Positions 9,272 to 18,687 of a stretch of DNA of 64,000 nucleotides are shown here, piece by piece. Below the pieces are notes generated by a model. The model saw only the letters and a list, made by a program, of their open reading frames with translations, ran no database searches and was not told the origin of the DNA. The DNA is taken from positions 88,117 to 152,116 of the forward strand of contig BQJC01000004.1 of assembly GCA_021604505.1 (NCBI GenBank), written 5' to 3'. The stretch comes from Nitrospinaceae bacterium (GTDB lineage: Bacteria > Nitrospinota > Nitrospinia > Nitrospinales > VA-1). The translations under genes were made by a program, and so were the position numbers. Each line of letters begins with the position of its first letter. The first letter of the stretch is position 1.

Positions 9272-10452
9272 CCGTCCAGCGCGATCACTTCGATTTTTTC
9301 CAGCGCGTCCCGCATCAAGTCCTGCCAGGGAAAGGAAGATTCGTCTCTCTCCAGCTTTTCTTTCTTACTCTTTGTCGCCGGGCGCGGCGGCATGAAAACC
9401 GAACAACAGTCCGGTTGCGGTTCGATGCTTATGGGGTAGGTCTCAATTTTTTTCGCCTGCCCGATGATGTCCTGCTTATCCATGCCGATCAACGGCCGAA
9501 ACACGCTCGCCGCAACGACATGCGAAACCGCCGCCAGATTTTCCAAAGTCTGAGAAGCCACCTGTCCCAGCGATTCCCCGGTCACCAGCCCCAGAAAGTG
9601 GTTTTTTTCAGCCACCGCCTCGGCGATGCGGTACATCATCCGGCGGTACAAGACAACGCGATTCTCCGGTGAGCAATGGTCGCGGATCGCCACTTGCATA
9701 TCCTGAAAAGGAACCACATAAACTTTTCCCCGCGATTGGTAACGGTTGAGAACCTGGCCCAGCTTGAGCACCTTATCGTACCCTCCCCTGCCCAGAAACG
9801 GCTGATTGTCAAAAAAAATAAAGTTCACCCGGCACCCCCGGCGCATCATGTAAAACGAAGCCACCGGGCTGTCGATGCCTCCCGAAAGCAGGCTTAAAAC
9901 GGTGCCCGAACAACCGACGGGCAAGCCACGGATTCCGGGAATGCGGTGATCGAACAAAACCGTCTCGCCAAGACCCAGCTCAATTTCAATCACAACTTCC
10001 GCCTCATTGATGTTGACGGTCAAACCCTTCTCCGCAAGGGCGGTCATGATCCTGGACCCCACTTCAAAACTGACCTCCGGCGAAGTCTTGGGAAACGATT
10101 TATCGCTGCGCCGCGTCTGCACACAGAATTTCATCTCCTGGCCGGAGCGTAACTGCGGCTCGAGCAATTCAATTCCCAAAGCCGCCATTTCATCAAAATC
10201 GGGATTGACAGGAAACCCGACACTGAACGAGGCAATGCCGGGGACATAAGGCAGGCGTTGGGCACATTCTTTAGCTACCTGGGAAGACGTGTCGATCATG
10301 ATGCGGCCGCGGGGAAGCCGGTAACGAATCCCTTCCAGCCCGTCAAACGCTCGCTTGATATTGTCCAAAAGGCAGTTCTCGAAAAACTTTCGATTCCGCC
10401 CCTTCAGGCCAATTTCATCGTAGCGGATCAGCAGGGTCCGGGCATCGTTCAT
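9256..10452 (-). CDS. thiI: tRNA 4-thiouridine synthase (THUMP + PP-loop, no rhodanese domain)
   Basis: YDEIGLKGRNR, LLSGGIDSPVA, TGESLGQVASQT, RPLIGMDK, PDCC. Confidence 0.95.
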   Translation of the reverse strand: MNDARTLLIRYDEIGLKGRNRKFFENCLLDNIKRAFDGLEGIRYRLPRGRIMIDTSSQVAKECAQRLPYVPGIASFSVGFPVNPDFDEMAALGIELLEPQLRSGQEMKFCVQTRRSDKSFPKTSPEVSFEVGSRIMTALAEKGLTVNINEAEVVIEIELGLGETVLFDHRIPGIRGLPVGCSGTVLSLLSGGIDSPVASFYMMRRGCRVNFIFFDNQPFLGRGGYDKVLKLGQVLNRYQSRGKVYVVPFQDMQVAIRDHCSPENRVVLYRRMMYRIAEAVAEKNHFLGLVTGESLGQVASQTLENLAAVSHVVAASVFRPLIGMDKQDIIGQAKKIETYPISIEPQPDCCSVFMPPRPATKSKKEKLERDESSFPWQDLMRDALEKIEVIALDGQVAV

Positions 10453-11672
10453 TTTCCCGCCGCGTTCTTATTAGAAAACGTTGGATAAAGGGCATCGTGA
10501 GCTTTGCCGAATGCATCGAGAAACCGATCGACCTCTTGCAATGTATTCTGGCGGCCAAATGAAATTCTCAGACTGCAGCGCGCCTCTTCTACCGTCAGCC
10601 CCAGTCCGGTGAGGATTTTTGAAGGCTCCTTGGAATGGGCGCTGCACGCGCTTCCCAACCCCACGTAAATGTCTTGTTCTTCCAGATGATGCAGAAGCAC
10701 TTCTCCTTCGACCGGCGGAAAACTGAAATTAACCATGGACGGAGACTGACGCATCACATCGTCCACCGGCAGAGAATTGAACCGCAGGTTAAAATTAGGC
10801 GAGCGTTCGGATAGTTCCCGCAAACCTTCAATGAGATGACTGTGCAATTTTCTAAGGTGAGCCTGGGTTTCATCGACCCGCTCCACGGCCAGTTGGACGG
10901 CTTTTGCCAGCCCCAGAATCAAAGGCGCCGGCAAGGTTCCCGAGCGCACGCCAAACTGTTGCCTGCCGCCATGAATCTGCGGATTCAACGCCAACCGGGA
11001 ATCATAGATCAACAAACCGATCCCCTTCGGACCGTTTATTTTGTGGCCGGAGATAGAATATCCGGCCAATCCCGGCCAGGTTCCCGGCGACAGAGCGAGT
11101 TTGCCGACCGCCTGCACGCCATCCAGAAATATCCGGGTTTGAGGAGAATCACTTTTTATCGCCGCAACCACGCTTTCCGGATCGTTGACCGTTCCCAGTT
11201 CGTTATTCACATGCGACAGGCAAAGAAGCCGGACCCGGTTTTTTTTGAGGACGGGAATGGCGCTTTGCAAATCCAGCCTTCCCTCTTTTTGATACTCCAA
11301 TAAATTAAAGGGTTCGTTGCCAAATTCCGCCAGATACTTCAACGTATCCACAACGCTGGGATGTTCCAGCCCCAAATAAGCGGCCTTTTTATCCGGAAAA
11401 CAAATTCCCTTGATGAACAGATTGTTCGATTCACTGCCGCCGCTGGTAAATACCAGACGGTGAGTGGATGGCACACCGAGTGCATCTGCAATTTTCTCCG
11501 CCGCCCTTTCGATGCATTTCCTGGCATCCAGCCCGATCCGGTAGACCGCGCCCGAATTGGCAAAGTCCTGGCGCATCGATTCCGCGATGACTTCAATCAC
11601 TGCTGGGTCCACAGGGGTTGTAGCGGCGTTGTCCAGATAAATCATTTCGGTGTTTGCATCCCTTTGTTTCAT
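10449..11672 (-). CDS. iscS: Cysteine desulfurase
   Basis: IYLDNAATT, FTSGGSESNN, HVNNELG, SGHKINGPKG, GSACS. Confidence 0.9.
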   Translation of the reverse strand: MKQRDANTEMIYLDNAATTPVDPAVIEVIAESMRQDFANSGAVYRIGLDARKCIERAAEKIADALGVPSTHRLVFTSGGSESNNLFIKGICFPDKKAAYLGLEHPSVVDTLKYLAEFGNEPFNLLEYQKEGRLDLQSAIPVLKKNRVRLLCLSHVNNELGTVNDPESVVAAIKSDSPQTRIFLDGVQAVGKLALSPGTWPGLAGYSISGHKINGPKGIGLLIYDSRLALNPQIHGGRQQFGVRSGTLPAPLILGLAKAVQLAVERVDETQAHLRKLHSHLIEGLRELSERSPNFNLRFNSLPVDDVMRQSPSMVNFSFPPVEGEVLLHHLEEQDIYVGLGSACSAHSKEPSKILTGLGLTVEEARCSLRISFGRQNTLQEVDRFLDAFGKAHDALYPTFSNKNAAGK

Positions 11673-12223
11673 GAATCGTAAGGCGGCACTAAATCCTGAG
11701 GCATCCCGATCTGGTCCATGATCCGGGCCACGACGAAATCGATGAGATCATCCATGGTTTTTTGCCCCTGGTAAAATCCTGGAGACGCAGGAAGGATCAA
11801 TCCGCCCGCCTGATCCAGGGTCAGAAGATTTTTTAAGTGGATGGTGCTGAAGGGAGTTTCCCTGGGAACCAGGATCAGTTTCCTTTTCTCTTTCAAAGTC
11901 ACATCCGCCACCCGTTCGATCAGGGTTTCCGAAACCCCCGAGGCGATCCGGCCAATCGTCCCCATACTTGCTGGAACGATCACCATCGCATCGGTCGGAA
12001 ACGAACCACTGGCGATCGATGCGTTGATCTTGGAATTTTTGTGAACGGTGACATTCTCCTTTTGAAAGTAGGAAACCTTCAAACCCAGCTCCAGGTTCAA
12101 CAGCTCCGTCCCCCGCTCGGACACGATGACGTGCAGTTCCGCCTTCGGTTGCAGACAGTCAAACAACCGCTTGGCATAGGCCGCCCCGCTCGCTCCGGTG
12201 ATTCCCAGCACAAACCGCTTCAT
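11669..12223 (-). CDS. ubiX: Flavin prenyltransferase
   Basis: GITGASGA, IASGS, ERVADVTLKEKR, PRETP, PASPGFY. Confidence 0.95.
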   Translation of the reverse strand: MKRFVLGITGASGAAYAKRLFDCLQPKAELHVIVSERGTELLNLELGLKVSYFQKENVTVHKNSKINASIASGSFPTDAMVIVPASMGTIGRIASGVSETLIERVADVTLKEKRKLILVPRETPFSTIHLKNLLTLDQAGGLILPASPGFYQGQKTMDDLIDFVVARIMDQIGMPQDLVPPYDS

Positions 12224-12840
12224 TTCTTACCTTCCAAAGCTATCAAAGCATCCACCTCGGTGCGTAATTTGGCATGCACCTCGTCCGGAGGCGGCTCTGT
12301 ATCAATCCGGCGGATCACCGGATCTGAAAAAGAGTCGAAGATCTGCTGAACCTTCTGCAAATAATCCAGCTTTTCAAAAGATGTCTTCTCCGACCGCGAC
12401 TTCTGGATTCGCTCCAGGCATTGTTCCGGCGACGCGACGAAAAGAAACACAAGGTCCGGTTTGGGAGCAAAAGCTTCATTTTCCCGAAGTATTTGTTCGG
12501 GGTCGAACCCCAGCGCTCCCTGATAAGCCGCCGTCGAATAATAATAGCGGTCCAGAATAATGATCTTTTTCTGATCCAGGCCGGGCCGAATATTTTTCTC
12601 CACATCCTCTTTTCGGTCATTGATGAACCAGCGCAACTCTTCCTCAGGAGACACGTCACCCCGTCCCTCGGTCAGCAGTTTGCGGATCTTCATTCCCCAG
12701 GGCCCTTGAGTCGGCTCGAACAGTCTCAAAACCGGAAATCCACTGGATTTCAAATAGTCGGCCAGCAGACGGCAATGGGTGCTTTTTCCGGTCCCGTCGA
12801 TGCCTTCAAAAACGATCAAATAGCCCCGGTTGAGTTTCAA
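12220..12840 (-). CDS. tmk: Thymidylate kinase
   Basis: FEGIDGTGKST, EP, LDRYYYST.AYQG; TTG start with GGAAGG RBS. Confidence 0.92.
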   Translation of the reverse strand: MKLNRGYLIVFEGIDGTGKSTHCRLLADYLKSSGFPVLRLFEPTQGPWGMKIRKLLTEGRGDVSPEEELRWFINDRKEDVEKNIRPGLDQKKIIILDRYYYSTAAYQGALGFDPEQILRENEAFAPKPDLVFLFVASPEQCLERIQKSRSEKTSFEKLDYLQKVQQIFDSFSDPVIRRIDTEPPPDEVHAKLRTEVDALIALEGKK

Positions 12841-12929
12841 CCTTCCTCCCTTTTTTAGCCAAATAGCTTATTTTATATGAGTTTATTAGATAATCCCAAT
12901 GGAAACAACCCGTAGTGGAAAACAAAAAG

Positions 12930-12964
12930 AAAAAGCCGCCCACCCGGCAAGGTGGACGGCTTTT
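12930..12964 (-). terminator. Rho-independent terminator of the MCP gene (possibly bidirectional)
   Basis: AAAAGCCGCCCACC-loop-GGTGGACGGCTTTT hairpin flanked by A/T runs. Confidence 0.75.
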
Positions 12965-13002
12965 CAACCGGTTAAACTTAGTTGCCAGTCAACTCACAGA
13001 TA

Positions 13003-15456
13003 TCAATATTTGAACTGACTGACCAGTTTCTGCAGACTCTGAGCCATTCGCGAGAGCTCGTTAGCCGCCTCTTGCGTTTGACCGACCCCAGAGGAGGTTT
13101 CCTGAGCGGCCTGAGCCACGCCGGAAATGTTTTCGGAAATTTCGGCACTTCCTCTGGAGGTTTCAGCGACATTTCGGCCAATTTCCGCCGTTGTCGCCGT
13201 CTGTTCTTCTACGGCGCTGGCGATGGTGTTTGAAATATCGTTGATCTGATTGATGATTTGCGTGATCTCACCGATGGCATCCACCGAACTTTTGGTGTCC
13301 TGTTGAATGGCTTCGATTTTTTGACTGATGTCCTCCGTGGCTTTGGCCGTTTGGTTCGCCAGTTCCTTAACCTCGTTGGCGACGACCGCAAAGCCTTTTC
13401 CGGCTTCCCCGGCACGTGCCGCCTCGATAGTGGCGTTTAGGGCCAGGAGATTGGTCTGCTCCGCGATCGAGGTGATGACCTTGATCACCTGACCGACCTC
13501 CGCACTGCTGTCTCCCAGTTTCGCGACGGTCTGATTAGTGGTTTCCGCAACCTCTACCGCGGATTTTGCCACCCGGGCCGCTTCGTTGGCGTTCTGAGCA
13601 ATTTCCTTGATACTCGCGCTCATTTCATCTGCCCCGGTAGAAACCGTTTGAACATTTTTACTGATCTGCTCAGTTGCGGCTGACACGACATTGGCCTGAG
13701 CGGAAGTTTCCTCGGCGTTTCCGGCCATGGTCTGGCTCACCGAGGTCAACTCCTCTGAAGAACTGCCCAGAGTCTGCGCCATATTCGCAATTTCAGAAAT
13801 GCTGTTTCTAAGATTCTTGAAAAATCCAGACAACCCTTCACCCATTCGACCAATAGCGTCTTCGCCCTTAATCGCAATTTCCTGGGTCAGGTCCCCTTGG
13901 GAAGCGCTGCTCACAACCCCAAGGATACTATCCACTTTTTCACGCAATTCCTGTGCCTGATGCTGGTCGCGCTCAACCATTTCTTGAGCTTTTTTCTCAT
14001 TTTCGATCTTTTCAGTGACCACCTGCCAGGAGAGCATTGGGCCAAGATAAGTGCCTTCTTTGTCGAAAATTCCCGCGACCATAACGTCAAAGGTTTCCGG
14101 GCCAAATTTAATCAATGACTGATGCGGTGAACCATTGGAATTTGAAATACTATTCCTTGCATCGTTCGGGATTTGATAAATAACGTCCATTGACTGGCCA
14201 ATCAGTTCCTCCGACGAAACTGAAAGATGCTGGCTCAATTTCGAGAAGAGTTGCTTGGCCGCCGGGTTGACGTAACGGATATTGAAATCCGTATCGGCGT
14301 AAACCATATAGCCTGGGTTGTTTTCCACCATTCCTGCCACCCGCGCCATCTGGGTTTCCGCTTCCACTTTTTCTGTCACGATTTCCCAGGACAACATCGG
14401 CCCGAGATATTCATGGTTCTGATCGAAAACAGCACTGACGGCGATATCGATTTTTTCCTCCCCGACAGTAATCAACGTATGTATTGGAAGGTTATTGGGA
14501 TCGGATACAATTCTTCGCTGATGATCCGGATTTTTGTGGAAAAGATCGATGGATTGCCCAATGATGTTGTCCTCGCCCACCGGCAGAAATTTTTCCAGTT
14601 TCTTCATTATTTTTTTGGATTCCGCGTTCAAGTATTGGATATTCCAGTTTTTGTCCGCGAACATGGCCCCTTTCGGAGTATTTTCCATCATCGAAACAAT
14701 TTTAGCGGTTTCCGTTTCCGATCTTTTCATCGACCGCATGAACATCCAGACGCCGGCAACCATCATGCCTACTAAAACCAGACAAAAAGCAGTAATACCG
14801 ATCACGCGGCTCAACATGGAATCATTCGCCACAAGTTGCGTGTCGATGGGAGAAATGACCTCAAGCACACCCCGCACGTCTCCCAATTTCCAATTATTTT
14901 TCGGAGTATCAGCACGGCTGTTGTGACAGTTGACACAGGCTTCAGCGATCATCCTGTCCGCCACCGCCACACGCACGACTTCCTGTCCGTTCAGCGATTC
15001 CTGTCTTACAAAAGAATCATCAGGATTGGCTCTAAAAAATGCCAATGCATCCGTCCCGAAACCATCCAGTTTCCTGTCTGCTCTGTTCGGGAAAGGAAAT
15101 TCACTGTAAAGTTTTAATTTCACTTTATCTTCGCCTTTTTTACTCAACAATGCACTCATGTCATGAATCAAAGTGGCAGGCAGGGGAATCCCGTCAGGCA
15201 TGGTTTCGTGATCGTAGGAAATTTTCAAACCGGTATCGTTCCCCTTGACTTTTTTAATGACGCTTTTAACGTAATACGCTCTCAGGGTTTTGAATTGATC
15301 AATAATGGATAACGCATTCAGCTTACTTCCTTCCTGGGTATTATGAAGGCTGGTATTAGAAATATAGATAATGAGCCCCACAATGCTAATTGCCAGAACC
15401 CCCACAACCGAAAACATCATTTTTGCCATGTGTTTTTTTAAAAACGCTTCATTCAT
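13003..15456 (-). CDS. Methyl-accepting chemotaxis protein with periplasmic heme-c (DUF3365/Tll0287-like) sensor and two PAS domains
   Basis: TM-periplasmic domain with CVNCH...[10 protein letters not shown]; two PAS repeats; signalling domain [34 protein letters not shown]. Confidence 0.92.
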   Translation of the reverse strand: MNEAFLKKHMAKMMFSVVGVLAISIVGLIIYISNTSLHNTQEGSKLNALSIIDQFKTLRAYYVKSVIKKVKGNDTGLKISYDHETMPDGIPLPATLIHDMSALLSKKGEDKVKLKLYSEFPFPNRADRKLDGFGTDALAFFRANPDDSFVRQESLNGQEVVRVAVADRMIAEACVNCHNSRADTPKNNWKLGDVRGVLEVISPIDTQLVANDSMLSRVIGITAFCLVLVGMMVAGVWMFMRSMKRSETETAKIVSMMENTPKGAMFADKNWNIQYLNAESKKIMKKLEKFLPVGEDNIIGQSIDLFHKNPDHQRRIVSDPNNLPIHTLITVGEEKIDIAVSAVFDQNHEYLGPMLSWEIVTEKVEAETQMARVAGMVENNPGYMVYADTDFNIRYVNPAAKQLFSKLSQHLSVSSEELIGQSMDVIYQIPNDARNSISNSNGSPHQSLIKFGPETFDVMVAGIFDKEGTYLGPMLSWQVVTEKIENEKKAQEMVERDQHQAQELREKVDSILGVVSSASQGDLTQEIAIKGEDAIGRMGEGLSGFFKNLRNSISEIANMAQTLGSSSEELTSVSQTMAGNAEETSAQANVVSAATEQISKNVQTVSTGADEMSASIKEIAQNANEAARVAKSAVEVAETTNQTVAKLGDSSAEVGQVIKVITSIAEQTNLLALNATIEAARAGEAGKGFAVVANEVKELANQTAKATEDISQKIEAIQQDTKSSVDAIGEITQIINQINDISNTIASAVEEQTATTAEIGRNVAETSRGSAEISENISGVAQAAQETSSGVGQTQEAANELSRMAQSLQKLVSQFKY

Positions 15457-15764
15457 CGCTTCTTCCTCCCCCTAGGGCTTCTAAATGAAATTTGTAAAAT
15501 ATTTAATGATTGCCGATTGGTCTGATTATCTGAAGAATCCACTTAGTTATTCTAGACTATAAATGTAAATCTGTAAATATAATTAGTTGTTTTTTATGAT
15601 GTTTTGCTATATTAACCAGAAGATTAAAACATTTAACTTCGAATGGCTGTGCCTTTATATCGGAAAAAAACGGATTCGGGATGGTTGGTTGCAAACGGAT
15701 ATTTTTTATTTGATAATGGGCTCGCCGAATTATGGAAAGTCTGCTTAGAAACAGCTTGCTTGAT

Positions 15765-15791
15765 TTATCGGCTTTTATAGTCAATAAGTTA
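15765..15791 (-). promoter_or_regulatory. Sigma28 (FliA)-type promoter upstream of the MCP gene
   Basis: Minus strand TAAC-N15-GCCGATAA (consensus TAAA-N15-GCCGATAA), ~310 nt upstream of a chemoreceptor. Confidence 0.55.
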
Positions 15792-15826
15792 ATAATAAAG
15801 GTAAGTGAAAAGGGTAAACGATCAAA

Positions 15827-16360
15827 GTGAAGCGTTTTTTCAAAGTCCTGGGCTGGGTTTGTCTGGGGATATTTTTACAATTCAAATTCAACGTGCTATA
15901 CGGCATCGTCTTTCTTGAAAACCTGAATTTCCACGATCGAACCTATATTGTAAAAATGGGGCTCACCCCTGTCACTGAAGGGGCGAAAGTCCTGAATATT
16001 GAAACCACCGTCCACCACTCCCTGGGGTCTGATTACTTTGCTACCGTTTATATCCCAATAGGTTATAAAGTTTTGAATCAAAAAGTCTACCAGGGAACCG
16101 AAGCGATTGAAGGCTACCAGGCGTACCAAATGAATATGAAACGCCGTTACCGGGATGTTCTGGCCACAGCGGATTTTATTATCTCCCCTGAAAAGTCAGC
16201 GAAAGAAACTCCCGCGAATCCAATTCTAGTGCAATTTGAAAACCTCGATCAACTCCTGCATAAAGATTCCACCTACCTTCTCTCCATAAAAAACAAGCAG
16301 GTCAGTTTGGAAGGCCCTGAAATGGCCGAAGCCAAATACCCGCAAAAATTTGGTATGTAG
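15827..16360 (+). CDS. Hypothetical membrane-anchored protein
   Basis: 177-aa ORF, GTG start, N-terminal hydrophobic segment; no recognised motif. Confidence 0.6.
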   Translation: MKRFFKVLGWVCLGIFLQFKFNVLYGIVFLENLNFHDRTYIVKMGLTPVTEGAKVLNIETTVHHSLGSDYFATVYIPIGYKVLNQKVYQGTEAIEGYQAYQMNMKRRYRDVLATADFIISPEKSAKETPANPILVQFENLDQLLHKDSTYLLSIKNKQVSLEGPEMAEAKYPQKFGM

Positions 16361-16388
16361 CCGATGATTTTGCGATACGATAATAGGT

Positions 16389-17249
16389 ATGAATCCCCGC
16401 ACCAAAGAATTTAAAGACTACTATAAAATCCTGAACGTTCAGGAAATTGCCACAGATGTGGAAATCAAAAAAGCTTACCGCAAGCTCGCCCTGGAAAATC
16501 ATCCCGACCACCATCCCGATGACCCCAAAAGCGAAGACCGGTTCAAGGAAATCACCGAAGCTTACGGAGTTTTGATTGACCCTGCCAAAAGGCGCGAATA
16601 CGATCTCTTCCGGGCGGCCACGCTCTCAGGAAACGGTCCTGGTTCAAACCCGTTCAGCTATTCCCAGGAAGATATCTTTGAAAATATGTTTCGCCAGGGA
16701 AACGCACGCGACATTTTTGAAGAGCTGAACCGGGAGTTTGCCAAATCCGGCGTCCGGTCGGGCAACCCCTTTTTCCAATCCATGCTTTTTGGCGGTGCTC
16801 TGGGCGGCTTGACGCGCATCCTGGGCATGATCCCCGGTCCACTGGGCAAAATCGGTTATGGGATCCGAATCGCACAAATGGTCGGTTCCTCTTTCATGGC
16901 ATACAACCAGATGCGGCAGGCGCAAAAAAAAGCCTCGCCTGATGGCAGCGAACCGCCGCCGGACATCCTGGACTCGGTCAAGGGAGCCTTAAAAAAGGGC
17001 GTTCATACCATCACCGGTCCTGGGCAAAATTCAGCGAACATCAATTTGTCCATCACGGTACCGGCTGTGGAAGCAATGACGGGCGCACGCAAGAAAATCT
17101 CCTACAAGCTGGGCGATGACACGGAACGGTTGGTCGTCAGCATCCCTCCTCAATTTCCTCCGAATGGGAAATTACGGATTCCTCAAAAGGGCCGGCTGAT
17201 AAACGGCAAACGCGGAGACTTGTTTCTCACCGTTAAAATCGAAACATAA
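16389..17249 (+). CDS. DnaJ/CbpA-like J-domain co-chaperone (no zinc finger)
   Basis: DYYKIL...AYRKLALENHPD...RREYD; C-terminal DnaJ_C-like GKLRIPQKG...GDLFLTV. Confidence 0.85.
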   Translation: MNPRTKEFKDYYKILNVQEIATDVEIKKAYRKLALENHPDHHPDDPKSEDRFKEITEAYGVLIDPAKRREYDLFRAATLSGNGPGSNPFSYSQEDIFENMFRQGNARDIFEELNREFAKSGVRSGNPFFQSMLFGGALGGLTRILGMIPGPLGKIGYGIRIAQMVGSSFMAYNQMRQAQKKASPDGSEPPPDILDSVKGALKKGVHTITGPGQNSANINLSITVPAVEAMTGARKKISYKLGDDTERLVVSIPPQFPPNGKLRIPQKGRLINGKRGDLFLTVKIET

Positions 17250-17376
17250 AACTGTTCACCGGCTTTCTCCCCGATTGATCTCAAAAGTATTTCCCAAACT
17301 GATTTTATTTTCATCCCCACCAGCGTATAATCAATTGTAATTTCATTACTTATTTTTATTTTCGGTCGACGAACGG

Positions 17377-18687
17377 ATGCCTTACCGATACCTCAGCAAT
17401 CATCGAGGATATTTAATATCACTCCTTTTATTCGCGGTCGTTGCCTGCGGTAAAACCAACGCCGAAGACAAGGGAGGAAAGCCGGACAATCCTGTACCGG
17501 TAGTCGTTGCCCAGGTAAAAAAACAAGCGGCTATCGTCAATATAGAACTGCCGGGAACCATCCTCGCCTGGTCGACCACCCGCATGGCGGCTGAAATCGA
17601 TGGACGGGTGGAAAAGTTTTTCTACCAGGAAGGCGAGTATGTCCAAAAAGGCAAACCTATTGTGCAACTGCACACGCGGCCTCTGGAACTGGAGCTGGAT
17701 TTTGCCATGGCGGAAAGGGAACGCGCCGCCAACCGCCTGGAAGAATTGCAAACCGGAACACGGGTGGAGGTTCTGGATGCAGCCAAGGCGGCTTTGAATA
17801 AAGCCGAGGCCCGGGTTGAACTGACGAATCAGGAATATAAGCGGATTAAAAAATTAAAGGACGACGGCGTATTGAGCGTCAATGAATATGACAACGCAGT
17901 GGCTCAATGGGAAGAAGCCAGGGCGCAATTCAATGAGAGCAAAGCCAAATTGGATGAACACCTTGCCGGTCCCCGGATCGAACAGATCCAGCAGGAGGAA
18001 GCCAGTCTCTCTGCCGCGGAAGCGAAAGTCAATATCATAAAAGATCAAATCCACCGGGGAACGGCTTTTGCTCCCTTTAATGGCTTTCTGATCAAAAAAG
18101 AAACGGAAATCGGACAATGGCTGGAAAAAGGCGAGCCTTTGTTCACTCTGATTGCGGTCAACCCGGTCAAGGCGGAAGTGAACTTGCCGCAATCCCAGTT
18201 CAACAAGATCCAGCTGGGAATGCCCGCACAGGTGATATTGGAAACGGAAGATCCCAACGAGTCCAACCGGATTTTTAAGGGAAAAGTCATAGAGAAGATT
18301 CAATCCGGAGACCCGCAGTCCCGCACCTTTCCGGTACGAATTAAAATCGACAATCCCAAATCGGAAATCGCCGTTGGCATGCTGGTCCGTGTCCGATTCC
18401 ATCAGTCAACCCGGAAAAAACCACGCCTTTATGTTCCCAAAGACGCTCTGGTCCGTTCTCCTTTTGCCACCGTGGTCTGGCGGGTGGATAAAAAGGAAGA
18501 TCAAACCCATCGGGTTGAAAAAGTATCCGTGAAGACCGGTGATATATCTGAGAGCCTGATTTCCATAGACCCGGAAAATGATGGCATCAAAGAAAACGAT
18601 TGGGTGGTGGTGCATGGAAATGAGCGGCTTCGACCGGGAGGTCAAGTCAACGTCACCCAAAGCCCTCCTTCGCAAAAATCTCCATGA
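17377..18687 (+). CDS. RND efflux periplasmic adaptor (membrane fusion protein)
   Basis: Lipobox VAC, GRVEK...EG.YVQKG, long coiled coil, APFNG, SRTFPVR, VPKDAL. Confidence 0.9.
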   Translation: MPYRYLSNHRGYLISLLLFAVVACGKTNAEDKGGKPDNPVPVVVAQVKKQAAIVNIELPGTILAWSTTRMAAEIDGRVEKFFYQEGEYVQKGKPIVQLHTRPLELELDFAMAERERAANRLEELQTGTRVEVLDAAKAALNKAEARVELTNQEYKRIKKLKDDGVLSVNEYDNAVAQWEEARAQFNESKAKLDEHLAGPRIEQIQQEEASLSAAEAKVNIIKDQIHRGTAFAPFNGFLIKKETEIGQWLEKGEPLFTLIAVNPVKAEVNLPQSQFNKIQLGMPAQVILETEDPNESNRIFKGKVIEKIQSGDPQSRTFPVRIKIDNPKSEIAVGMLVRVRFHQSTRKKPRLYVPKDALVRSPFATVVWRVDKKEDQTHRVEKVSVKTGDISESLISIDPENDGIKENDWVVVHGNERLRPGGQVNVTQSPPSQKSP

